Shown: positions 35,308 to 49,800 of the stretch, piece after piece
Layout: each line of letters begins with the position of its first letter
Position numbering within the stretch: position 1 is the first letter of the stretch
NCBI GenBank assembly: GCA_950097015.1
Contig: CATNEN010000039.1
Location: forward strand, 6,572,001 to 6,636,000
DNA: 64,000 bases
Direction: 5' to 3'
Source of the DNA: Macrostomum hystrix
Lineage: Eukaryota; Animalia; Platyhelminthes
Translations under genes and position numbers: made by a program
Notes under the pieces: generated by a model
Seen by the model: the letters and a program-made list of their open reading frames with translations, nothing else
Told to the model about the DNA's origin: nothing
Database searches by the model: none

Positions 35308-35904
35308 TCCACTATACTAAAAATGAAATGGTTGGTTGGTTGGTTGGTTGCTTGCTTGTAATTGATTTTCTCCCGAACGGCTCAACCGATTTTCACCATT
35401 TCTTCACCAAAAGATTCTAAATATGGGGACAATTTTACACGTATTTTTATTAAGCTGAACTTTATTGCTAAGAGGATTAAATATTAGAAAAACATGATTT
35501 TTTCAAAGGTCAAACCATCTTGGCCTATTGAGAATTTTACTCACTGCCACTGAATTGAAATTGCATCGTCAAATTGCGCAACAACCCCTAGCTGATTGAA
35601 TTTGAAGCCTGCACTCTGGAGACAAATTTGAAATAAATGTACACAACCAACCGCGAGACTAAGTGTACTCTATTTTCTTACTTCATTGTACAAAGCCAGA
35701 CCTTTGAGAATTCATTTTATAAGGCTGATTTCTGCACCCATTAACCAACAGTCGGAATAGCCGATGTGTTAGGCACTAGGAATTGGTTATAGGCTCGGCT
35801 AGGGTTCGATTCTGCACTGCGTCAAATCATTTTAGACTAATTTTCAGCCAGTAGTGATTGAAGATTATTTTAATTTATTTTTTCATTTCGTAAATAAAAT
35901 ATCA

Positions 35905-38900
35905 TAAATCATAGCAAACCTGAGTTTGAATCATGGCTAAACCATAGTCTGAATCATGGCTAAACCATAGTCTGAATCATGGCTAAACCAGAGTTTGAAT
36001 CATGGCTAAACCAGAGTCTGAATCATGGCTAAACCAGAGTTTCAATCATGGCTAACCAGAGTTTGAATCATGGTTAAACCAGAGTCTGAATCATGGCTAA
36101 ACCAGAGTTTGAATCATTGCTAAACCAGAGTTTGAATCATGGCTAAACCAGAGTTTGAATCATGGCTAAACCAGAGTTTCAATCATGGCTAAACCAGAGT
36201 CTGAATCATGGCTAAACCAGAGTTTGAATCGTGGCTAAACCAGAGTTTGAATCGTGGCTAAACCAGAGTTTGAATCATGGCTAAACCAGAGTTTGAATCA
36301 TGGCTAAACCAGAGTCTGAATCATGGCTAAACCAGAGTTTGAATCGTGGCTAAACCAGAGTTTCAATCATGGCTAAACCAGAGTTTTAATCATGGCTAAC
36401 CAGAGTTTGAATCATGGTTAAACCAGAGTCTGAATCATGGCTAAACCAGAGTTTGAATCATTGCTAAACCAGAGTTTGAATCATGGCTAAACCAGAGTTT
36501 GAATCATGGCTAAACCAGAGTCTGAATCATGGCTAAACCAGAGTTTCAATCATGGCTAACCAGAGTTTGAATCATGGTTAAACCAGAGTCTGAATCATGG
36601 CTAAACCAGAGTTTGAATCATTGCTAAACCAGAGTTTGAATCATGGCTAAACCAGAGTTTCAATCATGGCTAAACCAGAGTCTGAATCATGGCTAAACCA
36701 GAGTTTGAATCGTGGCTAAACCAGAGTTTGAATCGTGGCTAAACCAGAGTTTGAATCATGGCTAAACCAGAGCTTCAATCATGGCTAAACCAGAGTTTGA
36801 ATCATGGCTAAACCAGAGTTTGAATCATGGCTAAACCAGAGTTTAAATCATGGCTAAACCAGAGTCTGAATCATGGCTAAACCAGCGTCTGAATCATGGC
36901 AAAACCAGAGTTTCAATCATGGCTAAACCAGCGTCTGAATCATGGCTAAACCAGCGTCTGAATCATGGCTAAACAAGAGTTTCAATCATGGCTAAACCAG
37001 AGTTTGAATCATGGCTAAACCAGAGTTTGAATCGTGGCTAAACCAGAGTTTGAATCGTGGCTAAACCAGAGTTTGAATCATGGCTAAACCAGAGTTTCAA
37101 TCATGGCTAAACCAGAGTTTGAATCATGGCTAAACCAGAGTTTGAATCATGGCTAAACCAGAGTTTGAATCATGGCTAAACTAGAGTTTGAATCGTGGCT
37201 AAACCAGAGTTTGAATCATGGCTAAACTGGAGTCTGAATCATGGCTAAACCAGAGTCTGAATCATGGTTAAACCAGAGTCTGAATCATGGCTAAACCAGA
37301 GTTTGAATCATTGCTAAACCAGAGTTTGAATCATGGCTAAACCAGAGTTTGAATCATGGCAAAACCAGATCTTGAATCATGGCTAAACCAGAGTTTGAAT
37401 CATGGCTAAACTGGAGTCTGAATCATGGCTAAACCAGAGTCTGAATCATGGCGAAACCAGAGTCTGAATCATGGCTAAACCAGAGTCTGAATCATGGCTA
37501 AACCAGAATTTAAATCATGGCTAAACCAGAGTCTGAATCATGGCTAAACCAGAGTCTGAATCATGGCTAAACCAGAATTTAAATCATGGCTAAACCAGAG
37601 TCTGAATCATGGCTAAACCAGAGTCTGAATCATGGCTAAACCAGAGTCTGAATCATGGCTAAACCAGAGTCTGAATCATGGCTAAACCAGCGCCTGAATC
37701 ATGGCTAAACCAGAGTTTGAATCATGGCTAAACCAGAGTCTGAATCATGGCTTAACCAGAGTTTGAATCATGGCTAAACCAGAGTCTGAATCATGGCTTA
37801 ACCAGAATTTAAATCATGGCTAAACCAGAGTCTGAATCATGGCTTAACCAGAGTCTGAATCATGGCTAAACCAGAGTCTGAATCATGGCTAAACCAGAGT
37901 TTGAATCATGGCTAAACCAGAGTCTGAATCATGGCTAAACCTGAGTCTGAATCATGGCTAAACCAGAATTTAAATCATGGCTAAACCAGAGTCTGAATCA
38001 TGGCTTAACCAGAGTCTGAATCATGGCTAAACCAGAGTCTGAATCATGGCTAAACCTGAGTCTGAATCATGGCTTAACCAGAGTTTGAATCATGGCTAAA
38101 CCAGAGTCTGAATCATGGCTAAACCAGAATTTAAATCATGGCTAAACCAGAGTCTGAATCATGGCTTAACCAGAGTTTGAATCATGGCTAAACCAGAGTT
38201 TGAATCATGGCTAAACCAGCGTTTGAATCATGGCTAAACCAGAGTTTGAATCATGGCTAAACCAGAGTCTGAATCATGGCTTAACCAGAGTTTGAATCAT
38301 GGCTAAACCAGAGTCTGAATCATGGCTAAACCAGAATTTAAATCATGGCTAAACCAGAGTCTGAATCATGGCTTAACCAGAGTTTGAATCATGGCTAAAC
38401 CAGAGTTTGAATCATGGCTAAACCAGAGTCTGAATCATGGCTAAACCAACGTTTGAATCATGGCTAACCTAGAGTCTGAATCATGGCTAAAGCATAGTCT
38501 GAATCATGGCTAAACCAGAGCTTGAATCATGGCTTAACCAGAGTTTAATCATGGCTAAACCAGCGTCTGAATCATGGCTAAACCAGAGTTTCAATCATGG
38601 CTAAACCAGAGTTTGAATCATGGCTAAACCAGAGTTTCAATCATGGCTAAACCAGCGTCTGAATTATGGCTAAACCAGCGTCTGAATCATGGCTAAACCA
38701 GAGTTTGAATCATGGCTAAACCAGAGTTTGAATCATGGCTAAACCAGATCTTGAATCATGGCTAAACCAGAGTTTGAATCATGGCTAAACCAGCGTCTGA
38801 ATCATGGCAAAACCAGAGTTTCAATCATGGCTAAACCAGCGTCTGAATCATGGCTAAACCAGCGTCTGAATCATGGCTAAACCAGCGTCTGAATCATGGC

Positions 38901-41900
38901 TAAACCAGAGTTTCAATCATGGCTAAACCAGAGTCTGAATCATGGCTAAACCAGAGTTTGAATCATGGCTAAACCAGAGTTTGAATCATGGCTAAACCAG
39001 ATCTTGAATCATGGCTAAACCAGAGTTTCAATCATGGCTAAACCAGCGTCTGAATCATGGCTAAACCAGCGTCTGAATCATGGCTAAACCAGCGTCTGAA
39101 TCATGGCTAAACCAGAGTTTGAATCATGGCTAAACCAGAGTCTGAATCATGGCTAAACCAGAGTTTGAATATTGGCTACACCAGAGTTTGAATCATGGCT
39201 AAACCAGAGACTAAATCATGGCTAAACCAGAGACTAAATCGTGGCTAAACCATCATCATCAGCATGGCTAAACTAGAGTTTGAATAATGGCTACACCAGA
39301 GTTTGAATCAAGGCTAAACCAGAGTCTGAATCATGGCTAAACCAGAGTTTGAATCATGGCTAAACCAGACTTTGAATCATAGCCAACCAGAGTTTGAATC
39401 TTGGCTAAACCAGAGTTTCAATCATGGCTAACCCAGCGTTTGAATCATGGCTAAACCAGAGTTTGAATCATGGCAAAAACCGAGTTTCAATCATGGCTAA
39501 CCCAGCGTTTGAATCATGGCTAAACCAGAGTTTGAATCTTGGCTAAACCAGAGTTTGAATCATAGCCAACCAGAGTCTGAATCATGGCAAAACGAGAGTT
39601 TGAATCATAGCCCACCAGGGTTTAAAACATGGCGAAACCTGAGTTTGAATCTTGGCTAACCCAGCGTTTGAAAAATCAACGTCAACTGGGGAGTCATCAT
39701 CAAAATGGGGATCATGGTGAACTGGGGGATCATGGTAAACTGGGAATCATTGTCAACTGGGGGATCATTGTCAACTGGGGGATCATTGTCAACTGGGGGA
39801 TCATTGTCAACTGGGGGGTCATTGTGAACTGAGAGATCATTGTCAACTGGGGGGTAATGGTCAACTGGGGGATAATTGTCAACTGGGGAATCATCATCAA
39901 CTGGGGAGCATCATCAACTGGGGGATCATTGAGAACTGGGGGATCATTGTCAAATGGGGGATCATTGTGAACTGGGGGATCTTTGTCAACTGGGGGATCA
40001 TTGTATACTGTGGGATCATTGTCAACTGGGGGATCATTGTCAACTGGGGGATCATTGTCAACTGGGGGATCGTTGTCAACTGGGGGTTCATTGTCAACTG
40101 GGGGATCATTGTCAACTGGGGGTTCATTGTCAACTGGGGGATCATTGTCAACTGGGGGATCATTGTCAACTGGGGGATCATCATCAACTGTGGGATCATT
40201 GTCAACCGGCGGGCTAAACCTACGTTTGAATCATGGCTAACCTAGAGTCTGAATCATGGCTAAAGCATAGTCTGAATCATGGCTAAACCAGAGTTTGAAT
40301 CATGGCTAAACCAGCGTCTGAATTATGGCTAAACCAGCGTCTGAATCATGGCTAAACCAGATCTTGAATCATGGCTAAACCAGAGTTTGAATCATGGCTA
40401 AACCAGAGTCTGAATCATGGCTAACCTAGAGTTTGAATCATGGCTAACCTAGAGTTTGAATCATGGCTAAACCAGAGTTTGAATCATGGCTAAACCAGAT
40501 CTTGAATCATGGCTAAACCAGAGTTTGAATCATGGCTAAACCAGCGTCTGAATCATGGCAAAACCAGAGTTTCAATCATGGCTAAACCAGCGTCTGAATC
40601 ATGGCTAAACCAGCGTCTGAATCATGGCTAAACCAGCGTCTGAATCATGGCTAAACCAGAGTCTGAATCATGGCTAAACCAGAGTTTGAATCATGGCTAA
40701 ACCAGAGTCTGAATCATGGCTAAACCTGAGTCTGAATCATGGCTAAACCAGAATTTAAATCATGGCTAAACCAGAGTCTGAATCATGGCTTAACCAGAGT
40801 CTGAATCATGGCTAAACCAGAGTCTGAATCATGGCTAAACCTGAGTCTGAATCATGGCTTAACCAGAGTTTGAATCATGGCTAAACCAGAGTCTGAATCA
40901 TGGCTAAACCAGAATTTAAATCATGGCTAAACCAGAGTCTGAATCATGGCTTAACCAGAGTTTGAATCATGGCTAAACCAGAGTCTGAATCATGGCTAAA
41001 CCAGAATTTAAATCATGGCTAAACCAGAGTCTGAATCATGGCTTAACCAGAGTTTGAATCATGGCTAAACCAGAGTTTGAATCATGGCTAAACCAGAGTC
41101 TGAATCATGGCTAAACCAACGTTTGAATCATGGCTAACCTAGAGTCTGAATCATGGCTAAAGCATAGTCTGAATCATGGCTAAACCAGAGCTTGAATCAT
41201 GGCTTAACCAGAGTTTAATCATGGCTAAACCAGCGTCTGAATCATGGCTAAACCAGAGTTTCAATCATGGCTAAACCAGAGTTTGAATCATGGCTAAACC
41301 AGAGTTTCAATCATGGCTAAACCAGCGTCTGAATTATGGCTAAACCAGCGTCTGAATCATGGCTAAACCAGAGTTTGAATCATGGCTAAACCAGAGTTTG
41401 AATCATGGCTAAACCAGATCTTGAATCATGGCTAAACCAGAGTTTGAATCATGGCTAAACCAGCGTCTGAATCATGGCAAAACCAGAGTTTCAATCATGG
41501 CTAAACCAGCGTCTGAATCATGGCTAAACCAGCGTCTGAATCATGGCTAAACCAGCGTCTGAATCATGGCTAAACCAGAGTTTCAATCATGGCTAAACCA
41601 GAGTCTGAATCATGGCTAAACCAGAGTTTGAATCATGGCTAAACCAGAGTTTGAATCATGGCTAAACCAGATCTTGAATCATGGCTAAACCAGAGTTTCA
41701 ATCATGGCTAAACCAGCGTCTGAATCATGGCTAAACCAGCGTCTGAATCATGGCTAAACCAGCGTCTGAATCATGGCTAAACCAGAGTTTGAATCATGGC
41801 TAAACCAGAGTCTGAATCATGGCTAAACCAGAGTTTGAATATTGGCTACACCAGAGTTTGAATCATGGCTAAACCAGAGACTAAATCATGGCTAAACCAG

Positions 41901-44900
41901 AGACTAAATCGTGGCTAAACCATCATCATCAGCATGGCTAAACTAGAGTTTGAATAATGGCTACACCAGAGTTTGAATCAAGGCTAAACCAGAGTCTGAA
42001 TCATGGCTAAACCAGAGTTTGAATCATGGCTAAACCAGACTTTGAATCATAGCCAACCAGAGTTTGAATCTTGGCTAAACCAGAGTTTCAATCATGGCTA
42101 ACCCAGCGTTTGAATCATGGCTAAACCAGAGTTTGAATCATGGCAAAAACCGAGTTTCAATCATGGCTAACCCAGCGTTTGAATCATGGCTAAACCAGAG
42201 TTTGAATCTTGGCTAAACCAGAGTTTGAATCATAGCCAACCAGAGTCTGAATCATGGCAAAACGAGAGTTTGAATCATAGCCCACCAGGGTTTAAAACAT
42301 GGCGAAACCTGAGTTTGAATCTTGGCTAACCCAGCGTTTGAAAAATCAACGTCAACTGGGGAGTCATCATCAAAATGGGGATCATGGTGAACTGGGGGAT
42401 CATGGTAAACTGGGAATCATTGTCAACTGGGGGATCATTGTCAACTGGGGGATCATTGTCAACTGGGGGATCATTGTCAACTGGGGGGTCATTGTGAACT
42501 GAGAGATCATTGTCAACTGGGGGGTAATGGTCAACTGGGGGATAATTGTCAACTGGGGAATCATCATCAACTGGGGAGCATCATCAACTGGGGGATCATT
42601 GAGAACTGGGGGATCATTGTCAAATGGGGGATCATTGTGAACTGGGGGATCTTTGTCAACTGGGGGATCATTGTATACTGTGGGATCATTGTCAACTGGG
42701 GGATCATTGTCAACTGGGGGATCATTGTCAACTGGGGGATCGTTGTCAACTGGGGGTTCATTGTCAACTGGGGGATCATTGTCAACTGGGGGTTCATTGT
42801 CAACTGGGGGATCATTGTCAACTGGGGGATCATTGTCAACTGGGGGATCATCATCAACTGTGGGATCATTGTCAACCGGCGGGCTAAACCTACGTTTGAA
42901 TCATGGCTAACCTAGAGTCTGAATCATGGCTAAAGCATAGTCTGAATCATGGCTAAACCAGAGTTTGAATCATGGCTAAACCAGCGTCTGAATTATGGCT
43001 AAACCAGCGTCTGAATCATGGCTAAACCAGATCTTGAATCATGGCTAAACCAGAGTTTGAATCATGGCTAAACCAGAGTCTGAATCATGGCTAACCTAGA
43101 GTTTGAATCATGGCTAACCTAGAGTTTGAATCATGGCTAAACCAGAGTTTGAATCATGGCTAAACCAGATCTTGAATCATGGCTAAACCAGAGTTTGAAT
43201 CATGGCTAAACCAGCGTCTGAATCATGGCAAAACCAGAGTTTCAATCATGGCTAAACCAGCGTCTGAATCATGGCTAAACCAGCGTCTGAATCATGGCTA
43301 AACCAGCGTCTGAATCATGGCTAAACCAGAGTCTGAATCATGGCTAAACCAGAGTTTGAATCATGGCTAAACCAGAGTCTGAATCATGGCTAAACCTGAG
43401 TCTGAATCATGGCTAAACCAGAATTTAAATCATGGCTAAACCAGAGTCTGAATCATGGCTTAACCAGAGTCTGAATCATGGCTAAACCAGAGTCTGAATC
43501 ATGGCTAAACCTGAGTCTGAATCATGGCTTAACCAGAGTTTGAATCATGGCTAAACCAGAGTCTGAATCATGGCTAAACCAGAATTTAAATCATGGCTAA
43601 ACCAGAGTCTGAATCATGGCTTAACCAGAGTTTGAATCATGGCTAAACCAGAGTTTGAATCATGGCTAAACCAGCGTTTGAATCATGGCTAAACCAGAGT
43701 TTGAATCATGGCTAAACCAGAGTCTGAATCATGGCTTAACCAGAGTTTGAATCATGGCTAAACCAGAGTCTGAATCATGGCTAAACCAGAATTTAAATCA
43801 TGGCTAAACCAGAGTCTGAATCATGGCTTAACCAGAGTTTGAATCATGGCTAAACCAGAGTTTGAATCATGGCTAAACCAGAGTCTGAATCATGGCTAAA
43901 CCAACGTTTGAATCATGGCTAACCTAGAGTCTGAATCATGGCTAAAGCATAGTCTGAATCATGGCTAAACCAGAGCTTGAATCATGGCTTAACCAGAGTT
44001 TAATCATGGCTAAACCAGCGTCTGAATCATGGCTAAACCAGAGTTTCAATCATGGCTAAACCAGAGTTTGAATCATGGCTAAACCAGAGTTTCAATCATG
44101 GCTAAACCAGCGTCTGAATTATGGCTAAACCAGCGTCTGAATCATGGCTAAACCAGAGTTTGAATCATGGCTAAACCAGAGTTTGAATCATGGCTAAACC
44201 AGATCTTGAATCATGGCTAAACCAGAGTTTGAATCATGGCTAAACCAGCGTCTGAATCATGGCAAAACCAGAGTTTCAATCATGGCTAAACCAGCGTCTG
44301 AATCATGGCTAAACCAGCGTCTGAATCATGGCTAAACCAGCGTCTGAATCATGGCTAAACCAGAGTTTCAATCATGGCTAAACCAGAGTCTGAATCATGG
44401 CTAAACCAGAGTTTGAATCATGGCTAAACCAGAGTTTGAATCATGGCTAAACCAGATCTTGAATCATGGCTAAACCAGAGTTTCAATCATGGCTAAACCA
44501 GCGTCTGAATCATGGCTAAACCAGCGTCTGAATCATGGCTAAACCAGCGTCTGAATCATGGCTAAACCAGAGTTTGAATCATGGCTAAACCAGAGTCTGA
44601 ATCATGGCTAAACCAGAGTTTGAATATTGGCTACACCAGAGTTTGAATCATGGCTAAACCAGAGACTAAATCATGGCTAAACCAGAGACTAAATCGTGGC
44701 TAAACCATCATCATCAGCATGGCTAAACTAGAGTTTGAATAATGGCTACACCAGAGTTTGAATCAAGGCTAAACCAGAGTCTGAATCATGGCTAAACCAG
44801 AGTTTGAATCATGGCTAAACCAGACTTTGAATCATAGCCAACCAGAGTTTGAATCTTGGCTAAACCAGAGTTTCAATCATGGCTAACCCAGCGTTTGAAT

Positions 44901-46835
44901 CATGGCTAAACCAGAGTTTGAATCATGGCAAAAACCGAGTTTCAATCATGGCTAACCCAGCGTTTGAATCATGGCTAAACCAGAGTTTGAATCTTGGCTA
45001 AACCAGAGTTTGAATCATAGCCAACCAGAGTCTGAATCATGGCAAAACGAGAGTTTGAATCATAGCCCACCAGGGTTTAAAACATGGCGAAACCTGAGTT
45101 TGAATCTTGGCTAACCCAGCGTTTGAAAAATCAACGTCAACTGGGGAGTCATCATCAAAATGGGGATCATGGTGAACTGGGGGATCATGGTAAACTGGGA
45201 ATCATTGTCAACTGGGGGATCATTGTCAACTGGGGGATCATTGTCAACTGGGGGATCATTGTCAACTGGGGGGTCATTGTGAACTGAGAGATCATTGTCA
45301 ACTGGGGGGTAATGGTCAACTGGGGGATAATTGTCAACTGGGGAATCATCATCAACTGGGGAGCATCATCAACTGGGGGATCATTGAGAACTGGGGGATC
45401 ATTGTCAAATGGGGGATCATTGTGAACTGGGGGATCTTTGTCAACTGGGGGATCATTGTATACTGTGGGATCATTGTCAACTGGGGGATCATTGTCAACT
45501 GGGGGATCATTGTCAACTGGGGGATCGTTGTCAACTGGGGGTTCATTGTCAACTGGGGGATCATTGTCAACTGGGGGTTCATTGTCAACTGGGGGATCAT
45601 TGTCAACTGGGGGATCATTGTCAACTGGGGGATCATCATCAACTGTGGGATCATTGTCAACCGGCGGGCTAAACCTACGTTTGAATCATGGCTAACCTAG
45701 AGTCTGAATCATGGCTAAAGCATAGTCTGAATCATGGCTAAACCAGAGTTTGAATCATGGCTAAACCAGCGTCTGAATTATGGCTAAACCAGCGTCTGAA
45801 TCATGGCTAAACCAGATCTTGAATCATGGCTAAACCAGAGTTTGAATCATGGCTAAACCAGAGTCTGAATCATGGCTAACCTAGAGTTTGAATCATGGCT
45901 AACCTAGAGTTTGAATCATGGCTAAACCAGAGTTTGAATCATGGCTAAACCAGATCTTGAATCATGGCTAAACCAGAGTTTGAATCATGGCTAAACCAGC
46001 GTCTGAATCATGGCAAAACCAGAGTTTCAATCATGGCTAAACCAGCGTCTGAATCATGGCTAAACCAGCGTCTGAATCATGGCTAAACCAGCGTCTGAAT
46101 CATGGCTAAACCAGAGTTTGAATCATGGCTAAACCAGAGTCTGAATCATGGCTAAACCAGAGTTTGAATATTGGCTACACCAGAGTTTGAATCATGGCTA
46201 AACCAGAGACTAAATCATGGCTAAACCAGAGACTAAATCGTGGCTAAACCATCATCATCAGCATGGCTAAACTAGAGTTTGAATAATGGCTACACCAGAG
46301 TTTGAATCAAGGCTAAACCAGAGTCTGAATCATGGCTAAACCAGAGTTTGAATCATGGCTAAACCAGAGACTAAATCATGGCTAAACCAGAGACTAAATC
46401 GTGGCTAAACCATCATCATCAGCATGGCTAAACTAGAGTTTGAATAATGGCTACACCAAAGTTTGAATCAAGGCTAAACCAGAGTCTGAATCATGGCTAA
46501 ACCAGAGTTTGAATCATGGCTAAACCAGACTTTGAATCATAGCCAACCAGAGTTTGAATCTTGGCTAAACCAGAGTTTCAATCATGGCTAACCCAGCGTT
46601 TGAATCATGGCTAAACCAGAGTTTGAATCATGGCAAAAACCGAGTTTCAATCATGGCTAACCCAGCGTTTGAATCATGGCTAAACCAGAGTTTGAATCTT
46701 GGCTAAACCAGAGTTTGAATCATAGCCAACCAGAGTCTGAATCATGGCAAAACGAGAGTTTGAATCATAGCCCACCAGGGTTTAAAACATGGCGAAACCT
46801 GAGTTTGAATCTTGGCTAACCCAGCGTTTGAAAAA
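35905..46835. repeat. 23-bp satellite (GAATCATGGCTAAACCAGAGTTT) in four blocks (about 35905-39670, 40213-42340, 42883-45125, 45668-46830) alternating with ~530-bp 18-bp blocks
   Basis: Direct periodicity; identical block junctions recur at 39629, 42299, 45084 and 46789 (spacings 2670, 2785 and 1705 bp). Confidence 0.97.
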
Positions 46836-46840
46836 TCAAC

Positions 46841-49800
46841 GTCAACTGGGGAGTCATCATCAAAATGGGGATCATGGTGAACTGGGGGATCATGGTAAAC
46901 TGGGAATCATTGTCAACTGGGGGATCATTGTCAACTGGGGGATCATTGTCAACTGGGGGATCATTGTCAACTGGGGGGTCATTGTGAACTGAGAGATCAT
47001 TGTCAACTGGGGGGTAATGGTCAACTGGGGGATAATTGTCAACTGGGGAATCATCATCAACTGGGGAGCATCATCAACTGGGGGATCATTGAGAACTGGG
47101 GGATCATTGTCAAATGGGGGATCATTGTGAACTGGGGGATCTTTGTCAACTGGGGGATCATTGTATACTGTGGGATCATTGTCAACTGGGGGATCATTGT
47201 CAACTGGGGGATCATTGTCAACTGGGGGATCGTTGTCAACTGGGGGTTCATTGTCAACTGGGGGATCATTGTCAACTGGGGGTTCATTGTCAACTGGGGG
47301 ATCATTGTCAACTGGGGGATCATTGTCAACTGGGGGATCATCATCAACTGTGGGATCATTGTCAACCGGCGGGATCATTGTCAACTGGGGGATCATTGTC
47401 AACTGGGGGATCATTGTATACTGTGGGATCATTGTCAACTGGGGGATCATTGTCAACTGGGGGATCATTGTCAACTGGGGGATCATTGTCAACTGGGGGT
47501 TCATTGTCAACTGGGGGATCATTGTCAACTGGGGGATCATTGTCAACTGGGGGATCATCATCAACTGGGGGATCATTGTCAACTGGGGGATCATCATCAA
47601 CTGTGGGATCATTGTCAACCGGCGGGATCATTGTCAACTGGGGGATCATTGTCAACTGGAGGATCATTGTCAACTGGGTGATCATCATCAACTGGGGGAT
47701 CATTGTCAACTGGGGGAACATTGTCAAATGGAGGAACATTGTTAACTAGGGATCATCATCAATGGGGAGACTTCATCAACTGGGGGATCATTGTGAACTG
47801 GGGGATCTTTGTTAACTGGGGGATCATTGTCAACTCGGGGATCATTCTCAACTGGGGGATCATTGTCAACTGGGGGATCATTCTCAACTGGGGGATCATT
47901 GTCAACTGGGGGATCATTGTCAACTGGGGGATCATTGTCAACTGGGGGATCATTGTCAACTGGGGGATCGTTGTCAACTGGGGGTTCATTGTCAACTGGG
48001 GGATCATTGTCAACTGGGGGTTCATTGTCAACTGGGGGATCATTGTCAACTGGGGGATCATTGTCAACTGGGGGATCATCATCAACTGTGGGATCATTGT
48101 CAACCGGCGGGATCATTGTCAACTGGGGGATCATTGTCAACTGGGGGATCATTGTATACTGTGGGATCATTGTCAACTGGGGGATCATTGTCAACTGGGG
48201 GATCATTGTCAACTGGGGGATCATTGTCAACTGGGGGTTCATTGTCAACTGGGGGATCATTGTCAACTGGGGGATCATTGTCAACTGGGGGATCATCATC
48301 AACTGAGGGATCATTGTCAACTGGGGGATCATCATCAACTGTGGGATCATTGTCAACCGGCGGGATCATTGTCAACTGAGGGATCATTGTCAACTGGGGG
48401 ATCATTGTCAACTGGGTGATCATCATCAACTGGGGGATCATTGTCAACTGGGGGAACATTGTCAACTGGAGGAACATTGTTAACTAGGGATCATCATCAA
48501 TGGGGAGACTTCATCAACTGGGGGATCATTGTGAACTGGGGGATCTTTGTTAACTGGGGGATCATTGTCAACTGGGGGATCATTGTCAACTGGGGGATCA
48601 TTGTCAACTGGGGGGTCATTGTGAACTGAGAGATCATTGTCAACTGGGGAGTAATGGTCAACTGGGGGATAATTGTCAACTGGGGAATCATCATCAACTG
48701 GGGAGCATCATCAACTGGGGGATCATTGAGAACTGGGGGATCATTGTCAAATGGGGGATCATTGTGAACTGGGGGATCTTTGTCAACTGGGGGATCATTG
48801 TATACTGTGGGATCATTGTCAACTGGGGGATCATTGTCAACTGGGGGATCATTGTCAACTGGGGGATCGTTGTCAACTGGGGGTTCATTGTCAACTGGGG
48901 GATCATTGTCAACTGGGGGTTCATTGTCAACTGGGGGATCATTGTCAACTGGGGGATCATTGTCAACTGGGGGATCATCATCAACTGTGGGATCATTGTC
49001 AACCGGCGGGATCATTGTCAACTGGGGGATCATTGTCAACTGGGGGATCATTGTATACTGTGGGATCATTGTCAACTGGGGGATCATTGTCAACTGGGGG
49101 ATCATTGTCAACTGGGGGATCATTGTCAACTGGGGGTTCATTGTCAACTGGGGGATCATTGTCAACTGGGGGATCATTGTCAACTGGGGGATCATCATCA
49201 ACTGGGGGATCATTGTCAACTGGGGGATCATCATCAACTGTGGGATCATTGTCAACCGGCGGGATCATTGTCAACTGGGGGATCATTGTCAACTGGGGGA
49301 TCATTGTCAACTGGGTGATCATCATCAACTGGGGGATCATTGTCAACTGGGGGAACATTGTCAACTGGAGGAACATTGTTAACTAGGGATCATCATCAAT
49401 AGGGAGACTTCATCAACTGGGGGATCATTGTATACTGTGGGATCATTGTCAACTGGGGGATCATTGTCAACTGGGGGATCATTGTCAACTGGGGGATCGT
49501 TGTCAACTGGGGGTTCATTGTCAACTGGGGGATCATTGTCAACTGGGGGTTCATTGTCAACTGGGGGATCATTGTCAACTGGGGGATCATTGTCAACTGG
49601 GGGATCATCATCAACTGTGGGATCATTGTCAACCGGCGGGATCATTGTCAACTGGGGGATCATTGTCAACTGGGGGATCATTGTATACTGTGGGATCATT
49701 GTCAACTGGGGGATCATTGTCAACTGGGGGATCATTGTCAACTGGGGGATCATTGTCAACTGGGGGTTCATTGTCAACTGGGGGATCATTGTCAACTGGG

